Shown: positions 16,203-25,785 of the stretch, piece by piece
How the letters are laid out: the number at the start of each line of letters is the position of its first letter
Numbering within the stretch: the first letter of the stretch is position 1
Source: a virus
Lineage: Duplodnaviria > Caudoviricetes
Length of the DNA stretch: 50,267 bases
Strand: one strand, 5' to 3'
Virus record (IMG/VR): IMGVR_UViG_3300036760_000785
Location: 1 to 50,267 of that record
The notes under the pieces: model-generated
Database searches by the model: none
What the model saw: the letters and a program-made list of their open reading frames with translations, nothing else
What the model was told of the DNA's origin: nothing
Made by a program: the position numbers and the translations under genes

Positions 16203-18266
16203 ATGAAACGAATCATTATTATTGTAACTCTTTCAGTTCTATTACTTATCTCTCTCTCTGCCAATCCCGGGACGACTTATTATGTGGATGCAACAGGTGG
16301 CAATGATAGCAATAGCGGTCTAACCGAAGCCCTAGCCTGGAAGACTATCGCCAAGGTCAACGCTTCGTCTTTTTCTGCTGGCGACTCCATTTTCTTCAAG
16401 CGGGGCGAGACGTGGCGGGAAACATTAACCGTGCCATCGTCTGGCTCGTCTGGCAGTCCGATTACTTTTGGCACATACGGGACGGGGGAGAAGCCGAGAA
16501 TTTTAGGTTCTAATTTAATGACAGGGTGGGCTGCTTATGAAGGGTCTGGTGCAAGTACATGGACTGCGACAGAGCAAACGGGTGTATCGGCTATTGATGA
16601 TACAGACAGTGGTTTCCTAAATATCAGAAATCTCGTTAAAGCAACCTCAATATCCATAAGTGGGACTCAAGTTAGATTAATATTAACTCCTCATAGTGCT
16701 ACTACATTTGCTATAGAGGGGCTAACGATTGGACCAAGAAGTGGAACCACTGACGATTTTTCTGCTGCACCTACTCCATTACTCTATGAGGGTCTTGCTG
16801 TATCAGCAACTAATCCTATAATTTTAACAGGTGGGGGATCAGATGTTTTAACAGATTGGACTACTTTTACCCTTGATGAGACAGCAGATTATTTGATTCA
16901 TATTTGGCAAGATGATGATATTAGTGTGCCTGTCAAGGCTTGGAAACCTGATCCTGGCCCTACTAATATGTATTATAGTTATTCTTCAACAGACTTTTCT
17001 CAGACGCAAACCTGGAGCGGAACTGCATACAGAAGTATATTTTGTGTTAAACAAATTGATGTTAATGCCCCCCCGCCAAATGTGTGGCAAAAAACGGGAG
17101 TAACAACCGCACCTAATGTTGTAATATTTAATGGAACGTGGGGGGAATATGAATCTGGAGGAATTGCGGCGTTAGATGCCAATTATGAATGGTATTGGGC
17201 ATCTAATGTTTTATATGTCTATACTGATGGAGGTGATCCTGATACTCAATGGCCTAACGGAATAGATGTTGGGCAAAGAAACGATGGTGTTGTAATAAAT
17301 ACAAAAAGTTATATTACCATAGAAAATCTTGATATCAGGTATACAAACAGACATGGCATTAATATGACAAACTGTGACTATTTAACTATTCAGGATAGTT
17401 CCATATCTAAAATTGCCAGAATGGGCTTAAGTGGATATGCGATAACTAATTGTACGTTTGATAATATTATTTGGAGTTATGGATCGAAAGGCGTTGGCAT
17501 TTCGGATGGTTCTGATAATAATATAATCCAAAATTGTGATTTTTCGGAAAGCAGAACCACGAAATCAGAAGCGGGGGGCGGAGGGCTAATGTTATATGAT
17601 TCAGATTCTAATATTATTCGTTATAATTATCTCCATGATGCCAAATTAGTTGAAAATGATAGGCAAGGAGATGGAATTTATCTTAATTCTGGCGGCGATT
17701 GTAACAACAATGAGATTTATTACAATGTAATTGTGAGATTCAACGACGGAATAGATATTTATGGTGATGGAAATTCAATTTATAATAATGTTATTGGTAG
17801 CAACCAATATACCGCTATAGCAATTGGCACTGGGGCAAGTAACAATATTATCAAAAATAATATTGTTTATGACGGTATAGTTAACAATTATTTATGGGAT
17901 GGGAATAATCCTGGAAGCCCGGCCGCAAGTAATACCATTGATTACAATTGTTATTATGACCCTGATAATCCCGATCCAGATGGCGATCCTTTTATTGATT
18001 GGAATGCTACGGGAGAAGCCTGGGGAACTATGAATTGGAATCAATGGATAGCTCATGGAAAATATGATCAACACTCTATTTACGCAGACCCCAAATTTAC
18101 CGACCCCGCCACCGGTGACTTCACCCCCCGGCCCACCTCCCCCTGCATCAATGCCGGAACGAATGTCGGCCTGACAAGGGATTATGAGGGGAAGCCTATA
18201 TTCCATGCTCCAGATATCGGGGCTTATGAGGATCAGACGAATGCTTTATTTATATCTATCTATTAG
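16203..18266 (+). CDS. Signal-peptide-bearing right-handed beta-helix (pectin-lyase-like) protein
   Basis: YYVDATGGNDSNSG...WKTIAKVN...FKRGETWRE; Asn-ladder repeats; C-terminal DPKF...SPCINAG...PDIGAYE. Confidence 0.85.
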   Translation: MKRIIIIVTLSVLLLISLSANPGTTYYVDATGGNDSNSGLTEALAWKTIAKVNASSFSAGDSIFFKRGETWRETLTVPSSGSSGSPITFGTYGTGEKPRILGSNLMTGWAAYEGSGASTWTATEQTGVSAIDDTDSGFLNIRNLVKATSISISGTQVRLILTPHSATTFAIEGLTIGPRSGTTDDFSAAPTPLLYEGLAVSATNPIILTGGGSDVLTDWTTFTLDETADYLIHIWQDDDISVPVKAWKPDPGPTNMYYSYSSTDFSQTQTWSGTAYRSIFCVKQIDVNAPPPNVWQKTGVTTAPNVVIFNGTWGEYESGGIAALDANYEWYWASNVLYVYTDGGDPDTQWPNGIDVGQRNDGVVINTKSYITIENLDIRYTNRHGINMTNCDYLTIQDSSISKIARMGLSGYAITNCTFDNIIWSYGSKGVGISDGSDNNIIQNCDFSESRTTKSEAGGGGLMLYDSDSNIIRYNYLHDAKLVENDRQGDGIYLNSGGDCNNNEIYYNVIVRFNDGIDIYGDGNSIYNNVIGSNQYTAIAIGTGASNNIIKNNIVYDGIVNNYLWDGNNPGSPAASNTIDYNCYYDPDNPDPDGDPFIDWNATGEAWGTMNWNQWIAHGKYDQHSIYADPKFTDPATGDFTPRPTSPCINAGTNVGLTRDYEGKPIFHAPDIGAYEDQTNALFISIY

Positions 18267-18275
18267 GAGGAAAAT

Positions 18276-18521
18276 ATGAGTGCATATATTGCTTGGCATG
18301 ATCGAGGTTCAGATGAATATGCCAGCCGGATGGAGTGGTCTGCGGGCAAGATGATCTATTTGGGTGAGTGCCTACCAGGAAAGCAACTATCGCCAGATGA
18401 ACCCTGGTGGCGGATCAGGAAGTACATCTACAGTGGGGATGACCTCGTTCAAATCCTTTGGGCTGACGGCACTTCGGCATTCAACAAAATCTGGGATGAT
18501 CGGGCGACTTATACCTATTAA
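18276..18521 (+). CDS. Small hypothetical phage protein
   Basis: RBS AGGAGG; WRIRKY...WADG..AFNKIWDDR..YTY. Confidence 0.7.
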   Translation: MSAYIAWHDRGSDEYASRMEWSAGKMIYLGECLPGKQLSPDEPWWRIRKYIYSGDDLVQILWADGTSAFNKIWDDRATYTY

Positions 18522-18524
18522 TGA

Positions 18525-18722
18525 ATGAGGATAGTAAGGCATAGAGTGGTCGGCCTAGAGATTGTCAAACGATGTCCAGACTGTGGAGCTGGGATGTACG
18601 CCAAAAGTGCTTGTTGCGGATTCAAGAAGCAGGGATTCACGAGGATGCTCAAGTGCCTGAATGCGGCCTGCAAGCGCATGGAAGGATACAGAGAGAACCA
18701 AGATGAAGATAGAAGAGATTGA
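18525..18722 (+). CDS. Cys-rich small protein
   Basis: CPDC, ACCG, CLNAAC. Confidence 0.55.
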   Translation: MRIVRHRVVGLEIVKRCPDCGAGMYAKSACCGFKKQGFTRMLKCLNAACKRMEGYRENQDEDRRD

Positions 18723-21700
18723 CAGGGAAAAAATAAAGAAGGAATCCAATGCAGAATTAAGGAATCTGCGGTTCAGACTCATCCAGCTTTATGAAAAGCA
18801 TTTCTCGGGCAATGATGTCCAGGTGGTTGGCACACTAACTAGAGATTTTCTTCTCTCGAAATATATGATACTCAAGAGCGAGATGGATAGAAGGGGAATT
18901 CCTGTTGAGACGGTAACGAACCTTGATCGAGCATGTGAGACAAGGAAGATGAGGAAAGCTATCTGGGGCCTGGATGTGCCAAGTCTGGGCGATATGGTAA
19001 TAGTCGAAAATTATATCTCAATAGGCGGCTCGTTTATCAAGTCCCCGAAGGATGCGAAAGACATCGATATGATAATAAGGGATGAGGCCTCGCACAGAGA
19101 TGAAGGCCTGGAATTGAAACTTGGCAGGTTGATTCATGGAGAGACTGGCAAGGATGCTCATTTTGTTTATGCTCCGAAGGGGCCGCACTCAAGTTTCCTA
19201 CCGATATACGATCTTGTGCTCAGGCCAAAGAGCGAGACGAAAATAACCGAAGTAAAAGAATCACCCATAAAGAAATCTGAAAAAAGTCCAGAAGAATTAT
19301 ACTTCGAGAGATTGGATAAATGGGATGAATCGCTTCAAAAAGATAATGAGGAGGTGATTAGAAATCTGGAGGACGGCTCGGTCTTAGATTTGGGTTGTGG
19401 CACTGGGATATTGATAGCCAAACTAAGAAAAGATCAGGATCGGGTAGTGCAGGGGATAGATAAAAATGACATTGCTATCAGGTACTGCCAGGAGAAAAAA
19501 CTTCCCATTCTGAAGATTGATTTGGAAAAGGAGAGTCTGCCTTTTGATTCAGACCTGTTTGATAATGTGATTAGCGTACATGTCCTTGAACACCTGGAGA
19601 ATCCGAAAAATCTGATCGATGAAGCAACCCGAGTTGCCAAAAAGAAAGTTATTTTCCTAGTACCATTAGGAGCACGTCTCGACCCGACCCATAAACATAT
19701 ATTTGAAAAACTGGAAGACCTAAAAAAACTTTTCAGCGATAAATGGTCGTTCGAAGAAATTCCCGAGAACCGAACTGTTCTGGCCACCTTAGAAACAGGG
19801 ATGGAAATAAAAAAGGCAAAGGAGCTCAGGCCGGATATGATAGGATCCTTTCCCCTTCCTAAACCAACAATGAGGAATCTTACAGAAGCATTTACAGTCG
19901 ATCAAGTATGGCCGTGGTGTGAAAGCAAGGACTTAGAAGTCGAGCCGAAGCTTAATGGTTTTCGCATCTGTCTAGTTGGAAAAGGAGGAAAAGTCAGAAT
20001 TATAACTGATGGGCTGAAGGACAGGACAAAGCACTATCCCGACATAATCACCGCCCTTGAGAAGGTACCAGATGATTTTATTCTGGACTGTAGTATGGGA
20101 ATTGAGAGAGATGGTAAACCCTTGCCTAGAATAAAACTTATGACTTTAATGTCAGACAAACCCGAACTTCAGGAAAATGACAGGATTATCTGCACAGTTT
20201 TCGATTTGCCATATTTCAAAGACGATATTCATTTGAGGCCCTTTGAAGAGAGAAGAAAATTATTAGAGGAATTTTATAACAAATATCTGAAGGGCTCTCC
20301 AAATTTTGATATCACGCAGACTGCTCGGATAAAAACAAAAAGCGAACTTGAGGAATACTTCAAGAAGTTTGGAAAACTGCCTCAGAGTGAAGGCGTTGTA
20401 ATTAAGGATATGAAGGGCATCTGGCCGCTTGATGGCAACTGGGATGACATGGCAAAATTGAAACATGAAGTGGAAATAAAAGTGATAGTATTAGAGCGGC
20501 ATGATGTCAAAGGCGGAGGCTATAACTATACTTGCGGTTTATTATCTGGATCCTCTGGGTATGAGAACCTCGCTGAGTTTCGAGCGCAGAAGTATATTAA
20601 TTTAGGCAAGTGTTTCAATACAAAACTCAAAGCCGAGCCTGGTGATATTCTCACAATGGGAGTTGAGGAAATTATTCCAGATGAAGAGAAAAACGTGCTT
20701 CAATGGCTGGGTGCCCGAGTCATAGATATTGACGATTCCAGAAAAACGCCGTATTTCGCAAACCAGGTTATAGACATAGCTGAAGAAGGCAATATCCTGC
20801 AGAAGGCCGAAGAGGGAAACATAGACTATAAAATTGGGGATAAAGGCAAAGGAGTACTGCAAATTCATATCATGGGTATCGAGGAAGAAAAGATTGATGC
20901 CTTGAAGAAGATATCGAAAGAAGCAGTTGCCTCAAGAAATAATCCCATGAAGTTGAAAATGTTATTTAAGGGTGCTATTGGCCAGCAAGGTGCACATATA
21001 GACATGCGACTTGTGAGATCGGGCGATAAATATTTTGAAGGTGGCGAGATTATGATTGGAAATTTCGACGGCTTGGAGAAGTTGAAAAAACTGGATGAGG
21101 GCGGTAAGTTAAGGTTCGGGTGGAAAGTTGCAAGGAAAGAGGAACCACAGGCTGAGACGATAAGAGGGCCGGTAGATTGGATGGATGCGGGGAAAAATGG
21201 GATAGAGATATTCCCTCCAGGCGAGGCGGGTGCTACCACAAATAAATACGGGGCAATGCTAATTCTCGATGAATTTACTTTTGAAGCTATAGAACCCCAG
21301 GATGACCACGCAAAAAAATTCAATCTCGAAGGCAACAAACTAATTCCTGAAGGTACATACCTTATGGCCTATGTACCGATAACAGAGGCAGGGGAAAAAG
21401 GGCCCAGAGTATGGATGATATCAAAACTCAAGGAGGAGGAGAAGGCGAGGTTCTTCAAGTTTATCAAGATCAATAAGAAACAGCAGATAGTTGGCGGGGT
21501 GATATATGAGCCGATGGTTGAAGATTCGCAAGGTGACTATGCAGATGCTGAAGAAATCCAGAAGGCGATGTATAAGTTTATGGAGAAATATTTCATGAAT
21601 CAAAGCCGAATAAAAATCATGCACAAGGGCAAACTCCATTCGTTCCCTATTCTTGAATGTTTCCAACCAGAGGAAGATACCAAGAAGGGAAAGGATATTA

Positions 21701-21828
21701 TCAAGGCAGGAAGTTGGTGGGTCATGATAAAAATAGCAGATAAGAATATTTGGCAGGAAGTGGAGAAGGGTGTTTTAAAAGGATTTAGTATGGCTGGCGT
21801 TGCATCAGAGGAAAAAGTCTCGGTATGA
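18703..21828 (+). CDS. Multidomain protein: pol-beta-type NTase + SAM methyltransferase + ATP-dependent ligase + LigD-like phosphoesterase + XkdF-like prohead protease domain
   Basis: GGSF...KDIDMII; VLDLGCGTG...VLEHL; EPKLNGFR, VFDL, EGVVIKD; GVLQIH...HIDMRL; IVGGVIYEP..EDSQGD...GSWWV...GVLKGFSMAG. Confidence 0.8.
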   Translation: MKIEEIDREKIKKESNAELRNLRFRLIQLYEKHFSGNDVQVVGTLTRDFLLSKYMILKSEMDRRGIPVETVTNLDRACETRKMRKAIWGLDVPSLGDMVIVENYISIGGSFIKSPKDAKDIDMIIRDEASHRDEGLELKLGRLIHGETGKDAHFVYAPKGPHSSFLPIYDLVLRPKSETKITEVKESPIKKSEKSPEELYFERLDKWDESLQKDNEEVIRNLEDGSVLDLGCGTGILIAKLRKDQDRVVQGIDKNDIAIRYCQEKKLPILKIDLEKESLPFDSDLFDNVISVHVLEHLENPKNLIDEATRVAKKKVIFLVPLGARLDPTHKHIFEKLEDLKKLFSDKWSFEEIPENRTVLATLETGMEIKKAKELRPDMIGSFPLPKPTMRNLTEAFTVDQVWPWCESKDLEVEPKLNGFRICLVGKGGKVRIITDGLKDRTKHYPDIITALEKVPDDFILDCSMGIERDGKPLPRIKLMTLMSDKPELQENDRIICTVFDLPYFKDDIHLRPFEERRKLLEEFYNKYLKGSPNFDITQTARIKTKSELEEYFKKFGKLPQSEGVVIKDMKGIWPLDGNWDDMAKLKHEVEIKVIVLERHDVKGGGYNYTCGLLSGSSGYENLAEFRAQKYINLGKCFNTKLKAEPGDILTMGVEEIIPDEEKNVLQWLGARVIDIDDSRKTPYFANQVIDIAEEGNILQKAEEGNIDYKIGDKGKGVLQIHIMGIEEEKIDALKKISKEAVASRNNPMKLKMLFKGAIGQQGAHIDMRLVRSGDKYFEGGEIMIGNFDGLEKLKKLDEGGKLRFGWKVARKEEPQAETIRGPVDWMDAGKNGIEIFPPGEAGATTNKYGAMLILDEFTFEAIEPQDDHAKKFNLEGNKLIPEGTYLMAYVPITEAGEKGPRVWMISKLKEEEKARFFKFIKINKKQQIVGGVIYEPMVEDSQGDYADAEEIQKAMYKFMEKYFMNQSRIKIMHKGKLHSFPILECFQPEEDTKKGKDIIKAGSWWVMIKIADKNIWQEVEKGVLKGFSMAGVASEEKVSV

Positions 21829-22853
21829 AAATGAAGGCAGCAATCCTGGAGAAGTTAAATTCTCCTCTTATCGTTGATGATCTTGAGATTCCGGATTTAG
21901 ATTATGGTCAGGTTTTGGTCAAGGTCTGCCGGTCTGGAATCTGCGGTGCGCAAGTGGATGAGATATCTGGCAGAAAAGGAGAAGATAAATATCTTCCTCA
22001 TCTCCTGGGACATGAAGGCGGGGGAGTTATTGAGGATATCGGCCCAGGGGTGACCCTCGTCAAGAGAGGCGATCACGTGGTCATGCACTGGCGGAGGGGA
22101 GACGGCATCGAATCGAATCCGCCGAAATACAGAAGAAACGATGGATCAATTGTAGGTGCAGGCTGGGTGACGACCTTCAACGAGTATGCAATAGTATCAG
22201 AGAATCGGCTCACACCTATCGATGATGACATCCCTTTTGAGATTGCCGCACTTATGGGTTGTGCTGTGACAACCGCACTTGGGCTAATAAACAATGAGGC
22301 GAAACTGAAGATCGGGCAATCGATTGCCATTATCGGATGTGGCGGAGTCGGGCTAAATATTATTCGTGGGGCGGCAATGGTATCGGCTAATCCTATAATA
22401 TCCATTGATCAGTACCGTCCAAAATTGAGAATGGCAGAGGGGTTAGGAGCAACTCATCTACTCACAAGCGAGTCTCTCCTATGGGATGATACCCAAAGGA
22501 TACGAAATTTCATTGGAAGTAGAGATCTCGATGTAGTTGTGGATTGTGCTGGTTCTTATCGCCTGATTGCAAATATATTTAAATTAATGTCACCAAAAGG
22601 AAAATTGATATTACTGCGGCCCATATCTCAGTTATTGCCGGGATTCGTAGATGGCATAGAGGTGATGAATAGTTCAGGTGGCTATACTAATCCGAATGAA
22701 GATATCCCCCGGTATCTTGACCTTTATCGCAAAGGCAAACTCAGTCTCGATGGTCTGATAACGCATCGCTTTCCTCTTTCTGAGATTAACATTGCACTTG
22801 ATGTAGTCAGAAGTGGGCAGGCAGGGCGAATCATCTTGGAAATTGCAGGTTGA
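21825..22853 (+). CDS. Zinc-dependent alcohol dehydrogenase (MDR family)
   Basis: GICG, GHEGGG, GCAVTT, GCGGVG. Confidence 0.92.
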   Translation: MKMKAAILEKLNSPLIVDDLEIPDLDYGQVLVKVCRSGICGAQVDEISGRKGEDKYLPHLLGHEGGGVIEDIGPGVTLVKRGDHVVMHWRRGDGIESNPPKYRRNDGSIVGAGWVTTFNEYAIVSENRLTPIDDDIPFEIAALMGCAVTTALGLINNEAKLKIGQSIAIIGCGGVGLNIIRGAAMVSANPIISIDQYRPKLRMAEGLGATHLLTSESLLWDDTQRIRNFIGSRDLDVVVDCAGSYRLIANIFKLMSPKGKLILLRPISQLLPGFVDGIEVMNSSGGYTNPNEDIPRYLDLYRKGKLSLDGLITHRFPLSEINIALDVVRSGQAGRIILEIAG

Positions 22854-24052
22854 TGAACTCAAGAATCTCAAAGAAAGACCTTATTGATTTTGAAAGACAT
22901 ATTGCCGAACTTTATGATGATGGCCAAATTCCATACCTTGTCCATTTATGCGGGGGGAACGAAGATCAATTAATTGAAATATTTAAAGACATCAAACCCG
23001 ACGATTATGTCTTTTCAACGCATAGAAATACCTATCATTATCTTTTGCATGGCGGGTCACCTGGGACTTTGGAGCAAAAAATCCTTAATGGAAAGAGTAT
23101 GTTTATTTTTGATAGAAAATTAAACTTCTTCAGCCTGTCTATAGTTGCGGCGACCCCAGGTATTGCGGCGGGGACATCCTGGGCCTTGAAAAGAAAAGGA
23201 AGCAAACAAAAAGTCTGGTGTTTTGTGGGTGACGGTACAGAGGATGAAGGGCACTTTTATGAGGCGGTGCGCTATGTCGATGGCTGGAACTTGCCTTGTA
23301 TATTCATAATCGAAGATAATGACAGGAGTGTAAAAGCCACAAAAAAAGACAGATGGAATGAGGGGTCTAATTTTATCTGGAATAAAAAGTGCGTGCGAAA
23401 ATATTGTTATTCTCCCACTTATCCTCACAGTGGAAGTGGAAGCAATAAGTGGGTAAAATTCAAAAGGGAAGCAAAGATTGTTAGGCGTCCCAAAAGAAAG
23501 ACTTCTGATATAGATATTGCCACATCGGTTGAGACATCCATGACATATTTTGACGCCGTTAAAAGTTCGATGGAAATGCTGGCTAAGAATCCATCCACTA
23601 TTTTCGTAGGATACAATGTCAAATACGGGTCTGCATATGGTTCATTAAAGAATATCCCAGAAGACCAAAGGGTTGAGACTCCTGTGGCGGAGAATTTGAT
23701 GGCGGGGTTGGCCCTGGGAATGTCACTAGAAGGATATAGGCCAGTTCTTTTTTTTGAAAGGCATGATTTTATTCTGAATGCCGCTGACCTTATAGTCAAT
23801 ACTTTGGACGTAATAGAGACTATTTCTGATGGTGAATATTCCATGCCAATTGTCATAAAAGCCGTCGTTGGATCAATAAAACCTTTCTATGCTGGGATTA
23901 CGCATTCCCAGGATTTTTCTGATTTGATTAGGGGCTTTGTATCCTTCCCTGTTTACACCCCAATAAATGCAAAGCAAGTGCTGGCTGTCTATGATAAGGC
24001 GAGAACTACCATAGGGCCTATGATGATTAGCGAAAGAAAGGAATTGTATTGA
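22850..24052 (+). CDS. TPP-dependent dehydrogenase E1 alpha/beta-like fusion (both halves shortened)
   Basis: STHR, GDG...EG..YE...IIEDN (TPP motif), ETPVAEN.M.G.A.G. Confidence 0.9.
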   Translation: MMNSRISKKDLIDFERHIAELYDDGQIPYLVHLCGGNEDQLIEIFKDIKPDDYVFSTHRNTYHYLLHGGSPGTLEQKILNGKSMFIFDRKLNFFSLSIVAATPGIAAGTSWALKRKGSKQKVWCFVGDGTEDEGHFYEAVRYVDGWNLPCIFIIEDNDRSVKATKKDRWNEGSNFIWNKKCVRKYCYSPTYPHSGSGSNKWVKFKREAKIVRRPKRKTSDIDIATSVETSMTYFDAVKSSMEMLAKNPSTIFVGYNVKYGSAYGSLKNIPEDQRVETPVAENLMAGLALGMSLEGYRPVLFFERHDFILNAADLIVNTLDVIETISDGEYSMPIVIKAVVGSIKPFYAGITHSQDFSDLIRGFVSFPVYTPINAKQVLAVYDKARTTIGPMMISERKELY

Positions 24053-24765
24053 AATCTGTATTGATAAGTGGCTCTTCAAGCGGACTAGGGAGAAGTCTCG
24101 CTCTTGTCTTTGCTAGGAATGAATTTAATGTCATTCTGCATGGAAGGGATGAGGAAAGGCTGGAATTAGTTAGAAGGATGATTCTAATCAGAAGACAAAT
24201 GTCCAGGAGCGAAATTGAATGTGACGTTATAAGAGGTGATATAACGTCGAAAGATATACTGGACGAGTTATTCAGGGCGGCAGAGAAAAGGAACCTTAAT
24301 ATCCTGATAAATAATGCGGGCATTCACGCTCACAAAAGGTTTCAGGACATGAATGAAGATGAGGTTCAGAATATTATCCAGACCAACCTGATTGCACCAC
24401 TCCAACTGATCCTGAAAATTTATCCTCTATTCGTGAAGAAAAAATCGGGCGTGATAGTAAATATTAACTCTATCGCCGGCAAGTACCCTAATGAGATGGA
24501 GGCGGTCTATTGCGCAAGCAAGTATGGTCTAAGAGGATTTTCTGAGGCATTCCAATATGAGGCAGACAAGGATAATATTCGAATAATCAATATCTATCCA
24601 GGAGCAATGAAAACCCCTATGTCAAAATCAAGAATAAACCATAAAAAACTGATAACACCATCCGAAATGGCAGACTTGGTATATAAGATAGTTCTAGGGG
24701 AAGCTATAGAGGAAAATCGGAGCATGAGAGTGGCTGAAATCGAGCTGAGAAGAAAGAACTTTTGA
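24049..24765 (+). CDS. Short-chain dehydrogenase/reductase
   Basis: SGSSSGLG, INNAG, YCASK. Confidence 0.92.
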   Translation: MKSVLISGSSSGLGRSLALVFARNEFNVILHGRDEERLELVRRMILIRRQMSRSEIECDVIRGDITSKDILDELFRAAEKRNLNILINNAGIHAHKRFQDMNEDEVQNIIQTNLIAPLQLILKIYPLFVKKKSGVIVNINSIAGKYPNEMEAVYCASKYGLRGFSEAFQYEADKDNIRIINIYPGAMKTPMSKSRINHKKLITPSEMADLVYKIVLGEAIEENRSMRVAEIELRRKNF

Positions 24766-24860
24766 ATAAATCCATAAGGCATTGCCATAAAATTAGTAAG
24801 AAATTCAAATTAAAAATCAGAGTAATAATTCCTTTTTCTTAATTCTGTTTAAAAACTTTC

Positions 24861-24898
24861 TTGACTTTTTAGAGATTTAGTTTAATCTTTAATTCAGA
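24861..24898 (+). promoter_or_regulatory. Putative late promoter 2
   Basis: TTGACT-16 nt-TAATCT upstream of scaffold/capsid genes; similar to 8198-8234. Confidence 0.5.
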
Positions 24899-25043
24899 CC
24901 TGAAAGTTGGAAGCCAGTCCCAGTCAGCGGAAGTTGGCTCCAAGCCCGAAAGGTGCTACAAGATTTAGGTGCCCGCCTAGAAAGGGAGACCAAAAACAAA
25001 ATTTAATCTTGGGCATTTTTATTTGCCTAGGAGGTGGTGCCAT

Positions 25044-25771
25044 ATGTCCCAGAAGCGTAAACTTCGGGACATTTAGAGAAAGTCGAAGTACAGGAAATCT
25101 CATTAGTTGATTTGCCTGCAAATCGAAAAGCCTTTTACATCGTAAAGAGGAGTCAAAACATGGAAAATTTTTTAAAGGAAATTAAAGTTCTCTATGAGGA
25201 TGGGGAGTTTGAAGTAGAGAAGGCTGGGAAAATTCCGGAGGATGCCATGAAAGCGATCACCGGGGCCCTAAACATCCTCAACAAATATAAATCCGATTTT
25301 CCAGCCGATGTGCTAGACGCCATCAAGACGCTGGGTAAGTATGCCAGTTATGGATATGGGTATCCAGCCAAGAAGGAGAAGGCGGATGATGGAGAGATAG
25401 ACGTGGAGAAGATCGGGGCAAAATTAAGTAAGGCCACACTTGAAGAACTCAAGAAAATTCAGACGATTCTTGAGGGGCTGATTGGAACGGCGGAGGTGAT
25501 AAAAATGGAAAAACTGCCCGAGGATATTAGGAAGAAAGTCGAGGAATATGACAGGATCAAAAAGGAAGAGCAGGAGAAGTTGAAACAGGCCGATGCGGCG
25601 AAAATAAAAACATTGGAAGATAAAATCAAAGCCCTTGAGGAAGAGAATGCCAAACTCAAGGATGAACTCAAGACCAAGAAAGGCATACAGAAGGGTATCA
25701 AAGGGCAGGATGCAGATAAAGGAGACGAAAAGACAATACTGTGGCCTAGTCTAACTTCAACAGAAGAGTAA
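25044..25771 (+). CDS. Capsid scaffold-like protein. The in-frame form starts at ATG 25160; an extended form from ATG 25044 with the EISLVDLPAN protease peptide needs a -1 shift near 25065-25076
   Basis: RBS AGGAGGTG + ATG 25044 gives MSQKRKLRDI*. The -1 frame carries LEKVEVQEISLVDLPANRKAFYIVKRS into the charged coiled-coil scaffold, which has its own RBS GAGGAG + ATG 25160. Confidence 0.7.
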
Positions 25772-25785
25772 AAAGGAGTTCTAAC

